The position numbers and the translations under genes were made by a program. From positions 1-64,000 of the IMG/VR virus record IMGVR_UViG_3300030103_005513: DNA of 64,000 bases. One strand, written 5' to 3'. This document shows, one piece after another, positions 27,983 through 38,057 of the stretch; the first letter of the stretch is position 1; every line of letters starts with the position of its first letter. Origin of the DNA: an uncultured virus (IMG/VR IMGVR_UViG_3300030103_005513). Taxonomy: Duplodnaviria > Heunggongvirae > Uroviricota > Caudoviricetes. Under the pieces are notes generated by a model. The model worked only from the letters and a program-made list of their open reading frames with translations, searched no databases and was not told where the DNA came from.

Positions 27983-29760
27983 GTCGTAAATGCAACAGAG
28001 GTGAACTCAGCATATTTATTCAAAGATGCGAAACTATTTTCAGTTCCGCCAATCATAGTAATATCATTTGTATCCTCAACTATATTGACTTGATTTGATG
28101 GTGCTTGATTTATAACAAAAATATTATTTCTAGGCACTAAAGCAATATTTGAGGATCCTGTTGTGTCTAAAGGATCTAACCTTTGATCTTTAGGTAATGA
28201 ACCAAGTGGTGTCGGTGTCTCTTCAAATATTTTAAATAAATCGTCAAGTGATTGAAAATCTTCTCTATTAAATTTTGGGGTATCTTTTTTAATATTTTTG
28301 AGATTTTTATCAAATTTTGGGTTTTCTAATCTGAATATTTTTCTTTCTAATAATCTTTTAAGTGTCTTCACCGCCTTCAATTGTTTGGCATCAATCATAC
28401 CACTCGCTTGGAATTCTTTTATAAGGTCAAAAACTAAATTTGCACCTCGTTTTATATCTGCTGGAGTAGAAGAACCTGGAAGTTCACCAGTTCTTATAAA
28501 TTCTCTGATCAATTCTGAAGTTGACTTGATCTCCTGTAATTGTCTAAATTCTCTACCTGATTCCTTTAGGTCTTCTGCTTTTCTGATTGCTTCCTCTTTT
28601 TCTAATCTTCTTTTTTTGACAATATTAGTTTTCTTTTTTATTTTACCAGGTGCTCCCTTCTGACCAGGCACCACTCCCCCCCTTTTATTAAGAAATGGTG
28701 ATGCATTCATTCTTACTTTTTGTTGAGCAGATTTTGGAAGTTCCCTCATTATTATTCTTCCAATCGCTGCTACTTGTTCTTTTTCACTTAAATTTTTTAA
28801 GAATGGTTTTTTTAATAATACATCATCTAAAATTTTAGTATAAGTTTTTGGATCAATTTTACCTTTTTTAGCTGCTAATACCACTAATGCCAAAACAGCT
28901 GCGACTTTTATACCATCAGTTAGCACTTTTCTTGTTTCCCTGACAGCAGGTCTTTTGAAAAATGGTGTTGGTAATGGAGGTCTAGGTTTTCGTGAACCTG
29001 CAGCACCCTCTTCTTCATCATTACCACGAAGTCGTAAGACTAATGCAGGTGCTACATCTTCAAATTTATCCAGTACCTTATCGAAATCATCAAGTGCATC
29101 AGAAAATAAAGTTTTTTGTGTCCTTGCAATTGTTCTCTCCTCTTCAAATCTTCTTCTCCTATTCGCACCTGTAAATAAATCAGCAATTCTACCACCTGCA
29201 AGACTACCTATAATAGCACCCCCTACACCTCCTACTGCTGTACCAAGAGGTCCTGCAATTGCTGTTCCAAATAATGCACCTGCCTTTGCACCTGCAATTG
29301 AACCTGCTAAACCACCTGCAGCACCTACCCCTGCCTGTACATTTGATTGACCCTCTGCACGTCTACCTATAAAATCAAGTCCAGTGCCCACCACAGCAAG
29401 AGGTCTTGCTAACTTACCTAATCTACCAACCCTAGATAAATTGGATGTGCCTCTTTGCATTCTTAGTAGTTGAGAAGGAGATCTTGGTGTTCTTCTTAAT
29501 CCTCTTCTAAGTAGACCGCCCCCACCACCAATACCAAGTAACCCAAGTGCACCGCCTAAACCTCCTCTTTGTGAGTCTATATCTCTTGACCCTATCCTTT
29601 TTAATATACGACCTCTATCTTCTACGATTTTTCTTTTGAGGTCAAGAGATTTTTTCTCAAGAGATCTCTCTAATGTAATAGAACTACTTAAGTTACGAGT
29701 TAGAAATAATGATGCTCTTGTAACTTCACCACCAAGTTTGCTTAATTTTCTTTCTATCAT
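27979..29760 (-). CDS. Putative baseplate/tape-measure-associated protein
   Basis: Gly/Ala-rich GAAGGLAG..GGAIIG region and basic helical segments; start at MIERKL with ATGA overlap. Confidence 0.5.
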   Translation of the reverse strand: MIERKLSKLGGEVTRASLFLTRNLSSSITLERSLEKKSLDLKRKIVEDRGRILKRIGSRDIDSQRGGLGGALGLLGIGGGGGLLRRGLRRTPRSPSQLLRMQRGTSNLSRVGRLGKLARPLAVVGTGLDFIGRRAEGQSNVQAGVGAAGGLAGSIAGAKAGALFGTAIAGPLGTAVGGVGGAIIGSLAGGRIADLFTGANRRRRFEEERTIARTQKTLFSDALDDFDKVLDKFEDVAPALVLRLRGNDEEEGAAGSRKPRPPLPTPFFKRPAVRETRKVLTDGIKVAAVLALVVLAAKKGKIDPKTYTKILDDVLLKKPFLKNLSEKEQVAAIGRIIMRELPKSAQQKVRMNASPFLNKRGGVVPGQKGAPGKIKKKTNIVKKRRLEKEEAIRKAEDLKESGREFRQLQEIKSTSELIREFIRTGELPGSSTPADIKRGANLVFDLIKEFQASGMIDAKQLKAVKTLKRLLERKIFRLENPKFDKNLKNIKKDTPKFNREDFQSLDDLFKIFEETPTPLGSLPKDQRLDPLDTTGSSNIALVPRNNIFVINQAPSNQVNIVEDTNDITMIGGTENSFASLNKYAEFTSVAFTT

Positions 29761-31142
29761 ACAAAGGCACCCCATGTCCTAAGTGCAGATGCAGACTCAA
29801 ACTTAGGGATACTAGCAAATTTTGTTCCTACACTTACAAAAACAGGTTTAGCAGATTTTCCGCTAAAAATAGGATCGGTTTGGTTATTTTCTGATTCTAC
29901 ATTTATAACTTGAGTGCCCCCGTCACTAACCACTGTATCTCTTAATCTATCACCCATCATCTTAATGCTAATGTTTTCTAAATTAGATGATGGTAATTCT
30001 GCGTTAGACTCTAATAAATTCATTGAGATCAAATTATCACCAGCATTTTGAAACTTATTATTTACATTTGCAGTAAAATTATTATCACCTAAAATGTTTG
30101 TCGTTGAAGATACATCTTTATTTTTTGGAGGAGGTTCAATTCCTTGAAATCTCAATAAATCATCAAGTTCAAGTGACTTAGGTAACTTAAATGGTCCTAC
30201 CTGATTGAATTGCTCTTCATCTGGTATATCATCAGCAGTAATTGGAAACAATAAATTATTAATCATTTCACCTAATCCATTATCATTATTATCGTCATTT
30301 TTATCTTTATCTTTATCTTTATCTTTATCTTTATCATTATCTAATTCATCAAGAATATCCTCCTCAATAGTATCCTTACCCTTTCTTCTTCTTTCCAAAG
30401 ATATATTAGATAATATACCATCAAAACGTGTCAGTATACCCCTNNNNNNNNNNCCCCTGAATCTTTCTACATCAGGTTTGTTTATTGTCTCTCTTCCCCG
30501 TATTACTCTGGTAGCACCAAGTTGTCTTCTTCTATCAGCATTTTGATTGGCATTCACAAGTCCAGGTAAGATGAATGACGCAGCAAGTGCAGCAGTTATA
30601 AGAAGTGGATTTTTAAGTTTTGAAGCACCTGCTACCCTTGAACCCATGGTGCCCATGCCAGCACCCCTACCTAAAAGACCTCTTTTTACAAGACTTGTTG
30701 TAACAACTGTAGATATTACACCAAGAATCTCAGGTGTAAGTAATGCAGCAGCACCACCCAGACCTGCAGCACCCTCTCCTAAGTTACCCTCTCTTAGTTG
30801 TGATAGACCATATAAACCTAATGCACCTGCTGCTAACTTTCTACCAAATCCCATGTTGAGACTTTGAAGATTCCTCGAATCCTTACGTAATATCTTTGTC
30901 TCTTCTCTATAATATTTTTTCTTTTCCTTTATATCTTGATCGATGAGATCTCTCATCTCTTTCATACTATTGTTTATCGTCTGAAATTGAGATATAACAC
31001 TACCTAAGATTCTTTTTTGTGGTCTTTCTATCTTAACAACATCCTCTTCAACCTGTGTAAGTCTCTCCAAAGTCATATCCACCCTACGATTGATAGCAAT
31101 CATAGGGGTCTGTGGTTCAACTTGTCTACCAGGTGTTTGCAT
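29757..31142 (-). CDS. Putative baseplate/tape-measure-associated protein (spans the N gap)
   Basis: Helical N-terminus, Gly/Ala-rich segment, follows gp51. Confidence 0.5.
   Translation of the reverse strand: MQTPGRQVEPQTPMIAINRRVDMTLERLTQVEEDVVKIERPQKRILGSVISQFQTINNSMKEMRDLIDQDIKEKKKYYREETKILRKDSRNLQSLNMGFGRKLAAGALGLYGLSQLREGNLGEGAAGLGGAAALLTPEILGVISTVVTTSLVKRGLLGRGAGMGTMGSRVAGASKLKNPLLITAALAASFILPGLVNANQNADRRRQLGATRVIRGRETINKPDVERFRXXXXRGILTRFDGILSNISLERRRKGKDTIEEDILDELDNDKDKDKDKDKDKNDDNNDNGLGEMINNLLFPITADDIPDEEQFNQVGPFKLPKSLELDDLLRFQGIEPPPKNKDVSSTTNILGDNNFTANVNNKFQNAGDNLISMNLLESNAELPSSNLENISIKMMGDRLRDTVVSDGGTQVINVESENNQTDPIFSGKSAKPVFVSVGTKFASIPKFESASALRTWGAFV
30300..30335. repeat. (TTTATC)6 microsatellite encoding a DK repeat
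   Basis: Directly visible hexamer tandem repeat. Confidence 0.85.
30444..30453. other. Assembly gap
   Basis: 10 N flanked on both sides by CCCCT. Confidence 0.95.
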
Positions 31143-31323
31143 TAGATGCTTGTCTCTGTTGTGCTTCTAATTTTTGTTTTTCAAGAAATTTCACCAAATA
31201 ATTCACATATACTTCCCTTTCCCATGGCATCATATTTTCTATATCACCTAGTGACCAATTATGATGTTGCATAAGTGAGAAATTAGTTTCCAACATTGCA
31301 TCAATGCTGGTGTGATATAGCAT
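31126..31323 (-). CDS. gp51: Baseplate hub assembly protein gp51-like
   Basis: NFSLMQHHNWSLGDIENMMPWEREVY; follows gp26. Confidence 0.8.
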   Translation of the reverse strand: MLYHTSIDAMLETNFSLMQHHNWSLGDIENMMPWEREVYVNYLVKFLEKQKLEAQQRQASNANTW

Positions 31324-32048
31324 TATGCGAAAAAATTTGATAAACCCTCAATTACAACTTCAGAGTCTTTCTTTGTTTTAGGATTATGCACAGTGCCCTT
31401 GTATTGTAACTTAGGCATTGAAGCAAAAAAGTCCTCAATCATAGAAAATTGTTTAGAATTAAGTTGCTCAATGAATTTTACCAACTCTTTCTTAGTGCAA
31501 TCTGATGCTGCCCATGCCTCATCCAAAGTAAAAATAGTGTCAATGCAATCAACAACCGTGTCAAACGCTTTATCAATCACTTCATTATTTTCAAGTGATG
31601 CACCTGTAAAATTATTATCCACAAATTGTTGCATTGATGGATATCTCATCTTTATGGTGATGTCATCATTTATCTTTATCATATCAGTATGCCCGTCAGG
31701 AACATCTAATTTAATTTCAGATAAACTTATTTTGAGTGGCACTTTGGTTTCATTGTCATCCTGACATGTCACAAGGAGTTCAACTGATTCTCCAATTGAT
31801 TTACCTCTAATGTTCAAAAACAAATATTCTAATTCAAAACTAGGTAATTTTTCAACATCCACTCCACGAGTAATAATACAAGATTTCAGCACAGTTTTGA
31901 GTGTGGCACTGATATCTGCATCATTTCCTCCTTCTAAGGCAATCAATAAAATTTTTTCCTCTTTTACAAGAAATGGTCTGTATTTTATTTTTTTACCTGT
32001 AATAAGTTGCAATTCAAATGTTGGTGCAACAACCTTGGGTAAAGGCAT
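31323..32048 (-). CDS. gp26: Baseplate hub subunit gp26
   Basis: MPLPK..YRPFLVKEEKILL..EYLFLNIRGKSIGE..IEGLSNFF. Confidence 0.9.
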   Translation of the reverse strand: MPLPKVVAPTFELQLITGKKIKYRPFLVKEEKILLIALEGGNDADISATLKTVLKSCIITRGVDVEKLPSFELEYLFLNIRGKSIGESVELLVTCQDDNETKVPLKISLSEIKLDVPDGHTDMIKINDDITIKMRYPSMQQFVDNNFTGASLENNEVIDKAFDTVVDCIDTIFTLDEAWAASDCTKKELVKFIEQLNSKQFSMIEDFFASMPKLQYKGTVHNPKTKKDSEVVIEGLSNFFA

Positions 32049-32084
32049 AATAATATTGTTCAGTAACTTTATTTAGTACCTTAT

Positions 32085-32885
32085 TTAGACGGTTCTTACG
32101 TTTGATTCAGTTGCGTCAGATTCTGCGTAAATTGCACCCTTTCTTGCTGCTCTCTGAGTAAAGTATTGCTCGTAATTAAATGTTATGGTTGTCTTGATCA
32201 ATTCTGCTCTACCATATGCCAGTGGTGCAGCGACGATGCTAGTAGGGAAAGCATTTATTACATGATATGTAATAGCACTAGGTAGTTGTAAGTTGAATCT
32301 ACTTGTGGTGTTTAATTTACTGAAATCATCATTAGTATCTTTACTAAACGCAGTTATTTCTATATTACACTTGTAACTACTAGGATACTGCATCCTTCTG
32401 TATGCTGCTCCCCTGTGAGAGTGAGTGATTCTATCATCTATACTTTGACCAAAAGTGCCATCATCTATCCTTGTGGGTGATATGAATTCCATCCATGCAT
32501 TAAATACCTCATTCGTATAGTAATCAGTCTGTGAATAAAATGTAAGTATAACATCTGGAAATCTTCTAAACGTGGCATAGTTTTGTGACAAACCTTGTCT
32601 TAGACCATCTACCTTACCTGCTTGTAAATCTGAACCAGGTAAAACTGCCTCAGAACAAAATAGTGCTAGATACTCACCAGGATTGAACGTGCCACCATTT
32701 TGATCAAAGAAACCATGTTGGTTTATAAAAGTTCTAAGTTTATCATTACTTGCAAAATTTATTAATACATCATAATTATTGTTTAACGCAGGTGTTATAT
32801 TACCAAATTTAGTCGTTGGATCAGTAAGATTTACCGTGGGTAGGTAAAATCTACCAGATCTAAACGCATCTGCCCTCTGTGCCAT
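32085..32885 (-). CDS. Tail tube initiator/tube-fold protein (gp54-like)
   Basis: CSEAVLPG..LTFY..FNAWMEFI..NAFPTSI..TITFNYE tube-protein pattern. Confidence 0.6.
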   Translation of the reverse strand: MAQRADAFRSGRFYLPTVNLTDPTTKFGNITPALNNNYDVLINFASNDKLRTFINQHGFFDQNGGTFNPGEYLALFCSEAVLPGSDLQAGKVDGLRQGLSQNYATFRRFPDVILTFYSQTDYYTNEVFNAWMEFISPTRIDDGTFGQSIDDRITHSHRGAAYRRMQYPSSYKCNIEITAFSKDTNDDFSKLNTTSRFNLQLPSAITYHVINAFPTSIVAAPLAYGRAELIKTTITFNYEQYFTQRAARKGAIYAESDATESNVRTV

Positions 32886-32913
32886 CTAAATATAGTATGA
32901 TTACATACTATGT

Positions 32914-33348
32914 ATGTCATATAAAGGTAAATACCGACCCAAAAACCGTCAAAAGTATAAAGGCGACGTAGGAGAAGTCGTGTATAGGTCACTGTGGGAA
33001 TTGAAATTTATGAAATACTGTGACACAAATAATAAGATATTGAAGTGGTCATCTGAAGAAATTATCATACCATACAAATCACCTGTTGATAATCGAGTTC
33101 ATCGATATTTTCCTGATTTTTATGTCAAATATAAGGATGTAAAAGGTAAAATCAGAGAAAAAGTAGTTGAAATCAAACCTGCAAAACAAGTCAAAGAACC
33201 TAAGATGCAAAAAAGGAGAACAAAAAAATATGTGTCAGAGGTTTATACTTATGCCACCAATCAAGCAAAGTGGGAAGCAGCAGAGAATTTTTGTAAGGAC
33301 AGAAGATGGGAATTTCAAATATTGACGGAGAAAGAACTTGGAATATAA
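32914..33348 (+). CDS. gp4: Head completion nuclease gp4
   Basis: YRSLWE..WSSEEIIIPY..HRYFPDF..EIKP..NQAKW. Confidence 0.9.
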   Translation: MSYKGKYRPKNRQKYKGDVGEVVYRSLWELKFMKYCDTNNKILKWSSEEIIIPYKSPVDNRVHRYFPDFYVKYKDVKGKIREKVVEIKPAKQVKEPKMQKRRTKKYVSEVYTYATNQAKWEAAENFCKDRRWEFQILTEKELGI

Positions 33349-33751
33349 AAATGTATTTCCTACCTCAGTAGTGGTGGGTCAACCCTTGGTGGGAGAAGTG
33401 ATGTTATATCAATATTCTGCAAAATATGCTGAACAATTACCTTTTTATGACAAAAATCCAATGACTTATATTGTGGCGATGCAAGGTAATGCTTTCTATG
33501 GTGTGAATTTACACTACACCAAACCAATGAACAGGTCAGGTGTTTTAGATTATATAATAGGTGATAATGATTTTACTAAGTTAGACGGATATAATAAATA
33601 CCTAAGATCTTATGTTCAAGGCATGTTTTTGCATCTTAAAGGAGAAGATTTAGATAAAGCGTTAAAGATGCGTCTTGAACAGTTTGTCACGGATTTGGGA
33701 AGTATAGAAATTGGTCGTACAAATCAACAGATTAGGAGAATATTGAAATGA
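33338..33751 (+). CDS. DNA end protector gp2-like
   Basis: YSAKY..LPFYDKNP..FYGVNLHY; adjacent to gp4. Confidence 0.65.
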   Translation: MEYKNVFPTSVVVGQPLVGEVMLYQYSAKYAEQLPFYDKNPMTYIVAMQGNAFYGVNLHYTKPMNRSGVLDYIIGDNDFTKLDGYNKYLRSYVQGMFLHLKGEDLDKALKMRLEQFVTDLGSIEIGRTNQQIRRILK

Positions 33752-35352
33752 GTAAGAAAAAAAATACACCCATATCAATATTTGGTAAGAATAAAAGATT
33801 GACAGATACCATCAAATATACTATTGATGGTGTAACATATAGAGAAACCATAGATCTTGATACTGCGAATGGAAACTTTGGTAGGTCTCTCAAGATAGAG
33901 ATAAAAGATGACTACATTTATCCAGGAACAGAGTATTTTGTGCCAGTTACAAATAAAGAAGTGCTTAAAAAATTGCAAAATGATAGTAACAGGATGAATA
34001 CGTATGGCACTCGCCTAGTAGCTTTGAATACTACTCAAGATGGTGCTGAAGAAGCGTTTGAAGAGAGTGGTATGAAAAAATTGGCATATGGAGATAAATC
34101 ATGGGATGAAATCCCCTTACCTGAAACTGGTGGTGAAAATGATACCCCTAAGACTGAGGATAATAAAAATGACAATAAGATAGAACCTAAAGACATATTT
34201 GGTGATTACAAAGATATATTCAAAAAACACCTCAAGTATCCTATCGACATGTTTATTGGTAGAGGATTTGGTTTTGAGGATGGATTGAGTAGGGGAGTGC
34301 CTACTATTGGAGGTAGTGATGGTTCTCAAGATTACATCTTTATCGAACAATTCATGTATCTACCACCTCAACCTGGTTTAGGAGTAACACCAAAATTTGA
34401 AGATAATGATGCAGGGAAGGAAGAGAGAACCAAATACACAAAGGGACTCATAGGTGATGTTCTTCAACAAGGTATAAGAAGAGGTCAAAATACCTTTGGT
34501 GATCCGATGGGCAGTTGTATTCTACCCATACCAAATAGATTGGGAGTTAGTCAAGGTGTAAATTGGGGTGAAGGAAGAGCAAATGCAGTAGAGTTAGGTG
34601 CATTTCAAGCAGTATCAGGTGCCACTCGTAATTTGGTAGGAAAAGATGGTGGTGGTCTCATAAAACTTCTTACTGATGGTACCTCTCAAGCAAGAAGCGT
34701 CTTTAATACCGTATCAAAACAACTAAGAGAGAATAATGGTGGTGCAAATGCAGGTGCTGTTATAAATGCAACTATTGCAAAATCAGTTCTAGGTAGAATT
34801 GGAATCAATGTAGATGTTGATCAATTTTTGACTAGAGAAACAGGTGCTGCGATAAACCCCAATTTGGAATTATTATTTGCAGGTCCACAACTTAGAACAT
34901 TCTCGTTTGTATTCAATTTTGCACCAAATAGCACAGAAGAGGCAAAGGTGGTAAGAATGATTCACAGATGGTTTAGGCAGGGTATGTTGGCACAAAAAAC
35001 CACTGATTTTGGAAATGGTGGTTCACTATTTCTTGGATCTCCAAATGTATTCAGACTTTGCTATAAAAATAATAATAGAAGAATTAAAGGTCTGAATACT
35101 TTTAAAATTTGTGCACTCACATCCGTACAAATTGATTTTACTCCTGATGGTGTATATCAATCATATGAGGATGAGGGTGCTAGATCACAACCTGTCAGAT
35201 CCACAATGAAAGTTGATTTCAATGAATTGACACCAATCTTCGCTAATGATTACAACTTAAATGATGGGGATGAACAAGATCCAAGCATAGAAGATCTTGG
35301 ACTCAATGTAAGAGGTACAAACAAATTTACGGAGGATGACCTAGGATTCTAA
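33748..35352 (+). CDS. gp48: Baseplate tail tube cap gp48
   Basis: LKYP, LPIP, NPNLELLFAGPQLRTFSFVF, FNELTPI. Confidence 0.85.
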   Translation: MSKKKNTPISIFGKNKRLTDTIKYTIDGVTYRETIDLDTANGNFGRSLKIEIKDDYIYPGTEYFVPVTNKEVLKKLQNDSNRMNTYGTRLVALNTTQDGAEEAFEESGMKKLAYGDKSWDEIPLPETGGENDTPKTEDNKNDNKIEPKDIFGDYKDIFKKHLKYPIDMFIGRGFGFEDGLSRGVPTIGGSDGSQDYIFIEQFMYLPPQPGLGVTPKFEDNDAGKEERTKYTKGLIGDVLQQGIRRGQNTFGDPMGSCILPIPNRLGVSQGVNWGEGRANAVELGAFQAVSGATRNLVGKDGGGLIKLLTDGTSQARSVFNTVSKQLRENNGGANAGAVINATIAKSVLGRIGINVDVDQFLTRETGAAINPNLELLFAGPQLRTFSFVFNFAPNSTEEAKVVRMIHRWFRQGMLAQKTTDFGNGGSLFLGSPNVFRLCYKNNNRRIKGLNTFKICALTSVQIDFTPDGVYQSYEDEGARSQPVRSTMKVDFNELTPIFANDYNLNDGDEQDPSIEDLGLNVRGTNKFTEDDLGF

Positions 35353-36011
35353 TGAACTACTTCGATTTATTTCCCAATGTAAAACTTCCCTCTTTCTCAG
35401 ATAAGAGGAGATCTAGTTACGATTACATTACACTTGTAAACCTCTTCAAAAGGGGTAGAATAAGAGAGGACATTTATGGTAGTGTTACTGCCTTTTCCAA
35501 ATACTTGGTTCTTGACGATGAGAGACCAGATACAGTCGCTAGAAAATTATATGATAATGAACAACTTGATTGGGTGGTGCTATTATCAAATAATATCATT
35601 AATGTTCAAAATGAGTGGCCGATGGGACAATATGAATTCCAGAGATATCTGGATAATAAGTATACAAAGGATCAATTAGGTGAGATACATCATTATGAGA
35701 CAAAAGAAATCCGTAATTCAAGAGGGATATTATTGCTGCAAGGTGGTTTGACAGTTGATTCTAATTTCACTTACAAATATACTGATGATACTGGTGTTGT
35801 ACAATCTGTAAATGATGTAGTGTCAGTATCTTATCTCAAACATGAAATTGATAAAAATGATGCAAAAAGGTCAATCAACGTATTACGAAAAAAATATATT
35901 GGTCTTATAATTGATGATATGAAGCAAATAATGACGTATACAGATAGTTCACAGTTTGTGAATCGTAAATTGAAGCAAGGTGATAACGTCAGGATTGCAG
36001 AACCGAGATAA
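35352..36011 (+). CDS. gp53: Baseplate wedge subunit gp53
   Basis: DERPDTVARKLY..DWVVLLSNNI..EWP..HHYET. Confidence 0.9.
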   Translation: MNYFDLFPNVKLPSFSDKRRSSYDYITLVNLFKRGRIREDIYGSVTAFSKYLVLDDERPDTVARKLYDNEQLDWVVLLSNNIINVQNEWPMGQYEFQRYLDNKYTKDQLGEIHHYETKEIRNSRGILLLQGGLTVDSNFTYKYTDDTGVVQSVNDVVSVSYLKHEIDKNDAKRSINVLRKKYIGLIIDDMKQIMTYTDSSQFVNRKLKQGDNVRIAEPR

Positions 36012-36519
36012 TCTTTGATGCTATCATACCATGACCTTCTTTTGTGGGATGTAGAGTTTTTCCACGAGGTATGTCAGGTTCGTCTAAATGTAGATCATAA
36101 CTAAATTTGGTATTTTTAGGAACAGTCAATAATATCAATTTTACACCATTTGCCTTGAAATGGTCAATTATCGCCTGTCTAAATATAAACTCATCTGAGT
36201 CACCATACTCTTCGCTATAATAATCTCTATAATACTCAATATACTTTCTACCATTACCTCTGCCAGGATTTATATTTTCCCATTTTCCGTTCAAATGAAA
36301 TTCTGTCCGATTTTTGTAAGTCATACAAATAACTCCATAATCGTATTTTGTGATATCATGCTCTAGGGTAGTTCTAGCAATTCTACGATTACTGCACCCA
36401 TGCATAGATAAGTCAATATATTCAATATTCAATTTTTTGGCTATTACAGCAGCGTAGCGGTCATCTCTATTTTCCAATCCATAACCCCAACACCAACTAT
36501 CACCATTGAAAATTATCAT
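35989..36519 (-). CDS. SGNH/GDSL-like hydrolase
   Basis: FNGDSW block I, GCSNRRIAR, HPTKEGH block V. Confidence 0.75.
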   Translation of the reverse strand: MIIFNGDSWCWGYGLENRDDRYAAVIAKKLNIEYIDLSMHGCSNRRIARTTLEHDITKYDYGVICMTYKNRTEFHLNGKWENINPGRGNGRKYIEYYRDYYSEEYGDSDEFIFRQAIIDHFKANGVKLILLTVPKNTKFSYDLHLDEPDIPRGKTLHPTKEGHGMIASKIISVLQS

Positions 36520-36535
36520 AAAAAACCTTAAGGGT

Positions 36536-36569
36536 AAAAAATACCCCGAATTTTTTTTCGGGGTTTTTT
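36536..36569 (-). terminator. Intrinsic terminator after gp32, possibly bidirectional
   Basis: ACCCCGAA/TTCGGGGT stem flanked by A and T tracts. Confidence 0.7.
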
Positions 36570-36597
36570 GAAATTCAAAGTCGATTTTGGTACAGGA

Positions 36598-37470
36598 TTA
36601 CTCCTCTGCTAATCGTTGAAAGTATGACAGTGCATCGTCATCAGTAGTTGCGTTAGCAGTCACTGGTTCTGGTGGTGCGGTTACTATCTCTTCCTCTTCA
36701 GTTGCAACCTCTGCTGCTACTGGTGGACGTGATGTGTTCAACACTGCATTCAACCTCTTTTCAAGGTCACCATATGATTTGAACTGATCAGCAGCAGTGA
36801 ACTCTTCAAGAGAGTATTGCTTCTTCCAGATCGCCTCAAGAGCATCGTCATCATCAAGGAGTGCACTGGTCGCAGAGAACTCAGATGAATCGTAGTTACG
36901 ATAACCTGCTACATTCTTTGCCTTCAACTTGAAGTTAGCACCCTTCCAAAAATCGAACGGATCGATTGCTTCTTCATCCTCGAACTCAGGTTGCATTGCT
37001 GCTGTGAGTTTATCAAAGATTTTCTTACCAAACTTGTATAGAAATACTTTACCTTCGTTCTCAGGATTAGTAGGATCCTTTACAACATAGATGTTACTAA
37101 TGTATGTAAGTTTCCTCTTCTGCTTACGTGCAAGGTCTTTGTCTGCATCGTTGCCACTGTTCCATAGCAGACGATTATACTCAGATACTGGATCTTTACC
37201 ACCAAGAGTAGTAAGACTGTTCTCTATGTACCAACCACCAGGTCCTTGGAAAGCATGTGACCATACTTTTGCCCATGGTAGTTCTTCTCCGTCAGGTGCA
37301 GGTAGGAAACGGATAACAGCATAACCGTTACCTGCTTTATCGACCTCTAGTTTCCATAGTCTGTCGTCGGCACCGTTAGTGCCCTTGCTGTTCATTTTCT
37401 CTATCTCTGTGGTCAACTTGGATGTCAAGCTGCCAAGGCGAGATTGTTTTTTTAGATTTGCAAATGTCAT
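36598..37470 (-). CDS. gp32: Single-stranded DNA-binding protein gp32
   Basis: DDRLWK..GNGYAVIRFLP..WYIENSLTT..FGKKIFDK, acidic tail; start taken at MTFANL. Confidence 0.95.
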   Translation of the reverse strand: MTFANLKKQSRLGSLTSKLTTEIEKMNSKGTNGADDRLWKLEVDKAGNGYAVIRFLPAPDGEELPWAKVWSHAFQGPGGWYIENSLTTLGGKDPVSEYNRLLWNSGNDADKDLARKQKRKLTYISNIYVVKDPTNPENEGKVFLYKFGKKIFDKLTAAMQPEFEDEEAIDPFDFWKGANFKLKAKNVAGYRNYDSSEFSATSALLDDDDALEAIWKKQYSLEEFTAADQFKSYGDLEKRLNAVLNTSRPPVAAEVATEEEEIVTAPPEPVTANATTDDDALSYFQRLAEE

Positions 37471-37537
37471 GAATTTGACTCGTAGTATTCGTCGTATTGA
37501 ATAGATTGGTGGATTAACACCTTGCATACGCAAGTTT

Positions 37538-37566
37538 AGTATAAACTACTATTTATATGTTGTCAA
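37538..37566 (-). promoter_or_regulatory. Nested early and late promoters of gp32
   Basis: TTGACA-N17-TATACT with TATAAATA (37550-37557) inside the spacer. Confidence 0.8.
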
Positions 37567-38057
37567 GTATGTGTTTCGCAATGAGTTCGTGACCCTTTTC
37601 ATTAGGATGACCACCACTTGCTCGATTACTCCCTGCTATTTTTATACATTGATCAATATCTATTATAAAATATTTTTTACCACTAAGTAAATTCAATATG
37701 GCATGGTGACATATCTCCCTATCAACTACACCATACTTATCATGATAAATGTTGTTATAATATTCATCCCAAAATTTATTCATACCTTCTCTAAATTCAC
37801 CCGATTCATATTTTACTGGATATTTTATCCTAATCCAATCAGTACCATCATAATACTCTGTCCTTATATTTTTTGTAAGTTGTATGATAAACATGTCATA
37901 GGATGACAACTCTTTTTCTATTAAGTTTCTAACTATTCTTCTGTTACTGCCAGCACTTCTTGCAAAGTTGTAATCTATTGCACCTAATTTATCTATTTTT
38001 CTTACGATGCAATTCATCTCCCACTGTAAATGAACAACCGTCAAAATAAATTTTCAT
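37553..38057 (-). pseudogene. Frameshifted SGNH-like hydrolase
   Basis: ATG at 38057 reads MKIYFDGCSFTVGDELHRKKNR-stop; the rest (DKLGAIDYNFARSAGSNRR..HPNEKGH) is in another frame. Confidence 0.7.

Noticed and set aside
30300..30335. Microsatellite as a phase-variation switch
   Set aside because: The hexamer unit preserves frame and only changes the length of a DK linker
30439..30458. Possible insertion or frameshift at the N run
   Set aside because: CCCCT is duplicated on both sides; collapsing 10 N plus 5 bp keeps the frame (RFRGIL), so it is likely a scaffolding artefact
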